Shown: positions 61,384 through 64,000 of the stretch, one piece after another
Layout of the letters: the number at the start of each line of letters is the position of its first letter
Numbering within the stretch: the first letter of the stretch is position 1
NCBI GenBank assembly: GCA_965216155.1
Contig: CBDCFD010000005.1
Span: 149,569-213,568 of the forward strand
Length of the DNA: 64,000 bases
Origin: Dehalococcoidia bacterium
Lineage (GTDB): Bacteria; Chloroflexota; Dehalococcoidia; Lucifugimonadales; UBA3495
Reading direction: 5' to 3'
Notes under the pieces: generated by a model
Databases searched by the model: none
What the model saw: only the letters and a program-made list of their open reading frames with translations
What the model was told of the DNA's origin: nothing
Program-made: the position numbers and the translations under genes

Positions 61384-62085
61384 TTAGCTGAGGAACAGCA
61401 GCCTGCCGCAGGTGCTGCATTGGACTATCTGCCGGCCGCTGCGGACTCGCTGCTGTTGTTGGGTAGGCAGGGACATGCGGCACTCCTGGCACAGCCCTCT
61501 TTCCACCTTTGCTACGGCGCGCCCGTTCTTGGCAAGTCTCAGGGCCTCGTAGCGTTGCAGTGCGGCTGGCTCCACGTCGGCGGCCAACGCGGTGCGCTTA
61601 GCGGACGCCAACTCACGTTGCGAGGCGATCTCGAGCAACTGGTTACGCAACTCCGCCTGACGGTTTTCCCAACTCGACTGAGTTTCGGCAATCTTTTGCC
61701 TCAGCTCCGAGCACTTGTTGTCGGATTCTTCCAACCGGACGCTGAGTTCCAGAAGATCGCTATCCTGTTTCTCTAGTTGGCCCCGAACACTATCGGCTTC
61801 CTGCTCCAGACTGCTCAGGTCTCGCGGGTTGGCCACGCCCCCGCCAAAGAGCTGTTCGTCCAAGTGGGCTGAGCGTTGGCGCAGAGTCTCGACGTCCAAT
61901 TGCTGGGTCCGGAGTAGACCTTTGAACTCTTCCAGGCGCTGTTCCTCATCCGAGAGGGCAGACCGAATGGACTCGAGTGCCGGTACACGGTCCAGTTCCT
62001 GCTCCGCCTCGGTACTCTGGCTGACCAGACGGTCCAGGTCCAGGTCCACCTCTTGTATGGAGAAGAGCTGTCTTACTGTGGTCAT
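61384..62085 (-). CDS. C4 zinc-ribbon coiled-coil protein (DUF164/COG1579-like)
   Basis: ATG (complement of 62083-62085). Long coiled coil, then CQECRMSL...CSTCGRLL. Confidence 0.8.
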   Translation of the reverse strand: MTTVRQLFSIQEVDLDLDRLVSQSTEAEQELDRVPALESIRSALSDEEQRLEEFKGLLRTQQLDVETLRQRSAHLDEQLFGGGVANPRDLSSLEQEADSVRGQLEKQDSDLLELSVRLEESDNKCSELRQKIAETQSSWENRQAELRNQLLEIASQRELASAKRTALAADVEPAALQRYEALRLAKNGRAVAKVERGLCQECRMSLPTQQQQRVRSGRQIVQCSTCGRLLFLS

Positions 62086-62374
62086 TGCGCCTACGCTTCG
62101 CGCCTTTAGTAGGCCACGCTTGAATCGTGCTTTTGATTCTAGGAACACCCGGAGCCCTTGTCAACTTAACTGGCGGCCGCTTACGACCGGATTACCGCGG
62201 ACCGGGCGTGCTTTACGGCAACGTGGACGGCACGCAACAAGGGTCCGTGGGACAAGACCGGCCCTTTCGGACTGGAGCCGGCATCCTGTATATTGGACCC
62301 CCGGCTACCACGCCACCCGATGCCGGGGCACATGCGCATTCTGGGACATTGTGCGAAGGTTAGAGGCGGAGTTT

Positions 62375-63622
62375 ATGCGCATTCTGCATTTTTCCGACCT
62401 GCACATCGGTGTTGAGAACTACGGCCGCACCGATCCGGCAACCGGCCTTTCCACCCGGCTCAATGACTTTCTCCAGTCTTTGGATGAGGTCGTCGAATAT
62501 GCCTTGACTCAAAGCGTTGACCTCGTTCTGCTCGCCGGGGACGCATACAAGGGGCGTGATCCTTCACAGACCCACCAGCGGGAGTTCGCCAGGCGGTTGG
62601 CCAAGCTCTCTTCCGCCGGTATCCCGACGTTCCTGGTAGTAGGTAACCACGACCTGCCCAACGCGGTGAGCCGGGCCACGGCGGTGGAGATATTTCCAAC
62701 CTTGGGAGTTCCCAATATCTACGTTGGCAGCAGCCTGGAGACCCACACGATTCCCACAAGATCAGGTCCACTGCAACTTCTGCCGGTCCCCTGGCCGCGG
62801 CGTAGCGGAATCCTAAGCCGGGAAGAGACGCGGGGTCTCTCGGTGGACGAGGTGAGGGAGGAAGTGCAGCGCCGGATGACCGCCTACATTCTGGACCGGT
62901 GTCAACACCTGGACCCGGGGATTCCGGCCGTGCTGTCGGGCCACGTGACGGTCAATGGGGCAACCGTGGGCACGGAGCGGTCGATGATGTTGGGCAACGA
63001 TCACGTGCTGATGGCGGGCAACTTGGCCAGGCCGGAGCTGGACTACGTGGCCCTGGGCCATATCCACAAACACCAGGTGCTCCGCTGGGACCGGCCAATG
63101 ATGGCTTACTCGGGCAGTCTGCAGCGGGTGGACTTCTCAGAAGAGGCGGACGACAAAGGCTTCTGCGTCATAGACCTGGACCCGGCGGCGCCCCAGGGAC
63201 AACGGTTGGTGGACTTCCAATTCCACAAGCTTGATGCGCGTCCCTTCGTCACCGTTGACGCCAAAGTCGAGACGGGAGATGACGATCCCACCGCCACCGT
63301 GCTGCGTTGTATCGAGTCCAAGGACGTGTCCGGAGCGATAGTCCGTGTCCGGATTGCCTTGCCTGGGGATGCCGCGCCGCGGCTGCGGGACGCGGAGATC
63401 AGGGAAGCGCTGCACTCGGCCCACTACGTAGCGTCAATCAGCAGGGAGTCCACCGATGGTCCGCGCCGTACCCGTCTCTCCCCCGAATCGGCCCGGGACC
63501 TGGAACCGATGCAGGCGCTCGGCATGTACCTGGAGAGCCGGGACATCGACCCCCAGCGGCGTGCCAAGATACTAGGTCGAGCAGCGGCCTTGATGGAGCA
63601 GGAGATGGCGGGGCCGGAGTAG
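62375..63622 (+). CDS. sbcD: SbcD/Mre11-family metallophosphoesterase nuclease
   Basis: ATG at 62375 gives MRILHFSDLHIG, followed by LAGDAYK, GNHD and GHIH motifs. Confidence 0.85.
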   Translation: MRILHFSDLHIGVENYGRTDPATGLSTRLNDFLQSLDEVVEYALTQSVDLVLLAGDAYKGRDPSQTHQREFARRLAKLSSAGIPTFLVVGNHDLPNAVSRATAVEIFPTLGVPNIYVGSSLETHTIPTRSGPLQLLPVPWPRRSGILSREETRGLSVDEVREEVQRRMTAYILDRCQHLDPGIPAVLSGHVTVNGATVGTERSMMLGNDHVLMAGNLARPELDYVALGHIHKHQVLRWDRPMMAYSGSLQRVDFSEEADDKGFCVIDLDPAAPQGQRLVDFQFHKLDARPFVTVDAKVETGDDDPTATVLRCIESKDVSGAIVRVRIALPGDAAPRLRDAEIREALHSAHYVASISRESTDGPRRTRLSPESARDLEPMQALGMYLESRDIDPQRRAKILGRAAALMEQEMAGPE

Positions 63623-63640
63623 GTGTATCGGGCGGGTCCG

Positions 63641-63823
63641 TTAAGCCGGGGGAATTATTATCGGCAGCGGCTCGACGCTGTCCAACCCGGGTGGATTGAT
63701 GGAGTCCAAGGATTCCAGCAGTGCATTCAAGGTAAAGGTGACCTCGGTCAGGTCAGGGTCTTCGATCTCCAGGCCCACGGCGTGGCCCATGGCCTTCACT
63801 TCATCCTTGGTCAGGTCTGGCAT
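63641..63823 (-). CDS. small GatC/AtzG-like amidase accessory protein (tentative)
   Basis: 60 aa, MPDLTKDEVKAMGHAVGLEIEDPDLTEV...; ACGGAG RBS. Confidence 0.35.
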   Translation of the reverse strand: MPDLTKDEVKAMGHAVGLEIEDPDLTEVTFTLNALLESLDSINPPGLDSVEPLPIIIPPA

Positions 63824-64000
63824 GACGAACTCCGTGCGAATATGGCGTTGTTGAGCGGCTGACCTGCCTGGAGTATACTACCAAAAACCCACGGGCGGCG
63901 GTCGCCCCGGCACACCATGACCCAAATCTTCACCAAGTGAGCAAATGACATGGAACTTGGCCCCGAAACGAAGTTCACCAAATTCCCGGCGACCGTACAC

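Noticed and set aside
61715-62374. 220-codon N-terminal extension of the SbcD ORF in the ORF track (61715..63622).
   Set aside because: The extension is antisense to the zinc-ribbon gene and is Ser/Arg-rich junk. The canonical MRILHFSDLH start with an RBS is at 62375.

Overview
This is a ~60% GC bacterial chromosomal segment. Its gene content (acVLRF1, NiSOD, form-II CoxSLM, and many SDR, hotdog, crotonase and ComDE-like paralogues) suggests a Chloroflexota- or Actinomycetota-like organism, but that lineage call is inference only.

Most of the window is housekeeping:
- lysA, holB, ilvD, asnS, gatCA, surE, mutS2 and rnpB
- a siroheme/alternative-heme cluster: hemL, hemB, cobA-hemD, hemC, a sirC-like gene and ahbAB
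- an HspR/Hsp20 unit and NiSOD

Selfish or defence-type modules and their remnants are interleaved with these genes:
- mazEF
- a RelE toxin with a nuclease-domain antitoxin
- a fused MNT-HEPN gene
- three PaREP1/HEPN-like paralogues woven into a tldD-pmbA operon
- a Fic pseudogene
- two DNA-methylase remnants
- a frameshifted IS transposase inside a low-GC islet bordered by a tRNA-like 3' fragment

The observations I rate highest:
1. A tightly packed tldD / HEPN-like / pmbA / chimeric remnant / HEPN-like / crotonase operon.
2. Two independent cases where an inserted HEPN-type gene sits behind a diverged duplicate of the ribosome-binding site and first 11-22 codons of the downstream host gene.
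3. An acVLRF1 (Vms1-like peptidyl-tRNA hydrolase) gene directly upstream of mutS2, which may form a ribosome-rescue pair.
4. A ~370-nt candidate structured RNA of unknown class.
5. A three-ORF (split-beta) nitrile hydratase-family enzyme.
6. A His-rich tandem-repeat insertion in CoxL.

All calls come from reading the ORF translations and the DNA by eye. No database search was run, and start codons are approximate.
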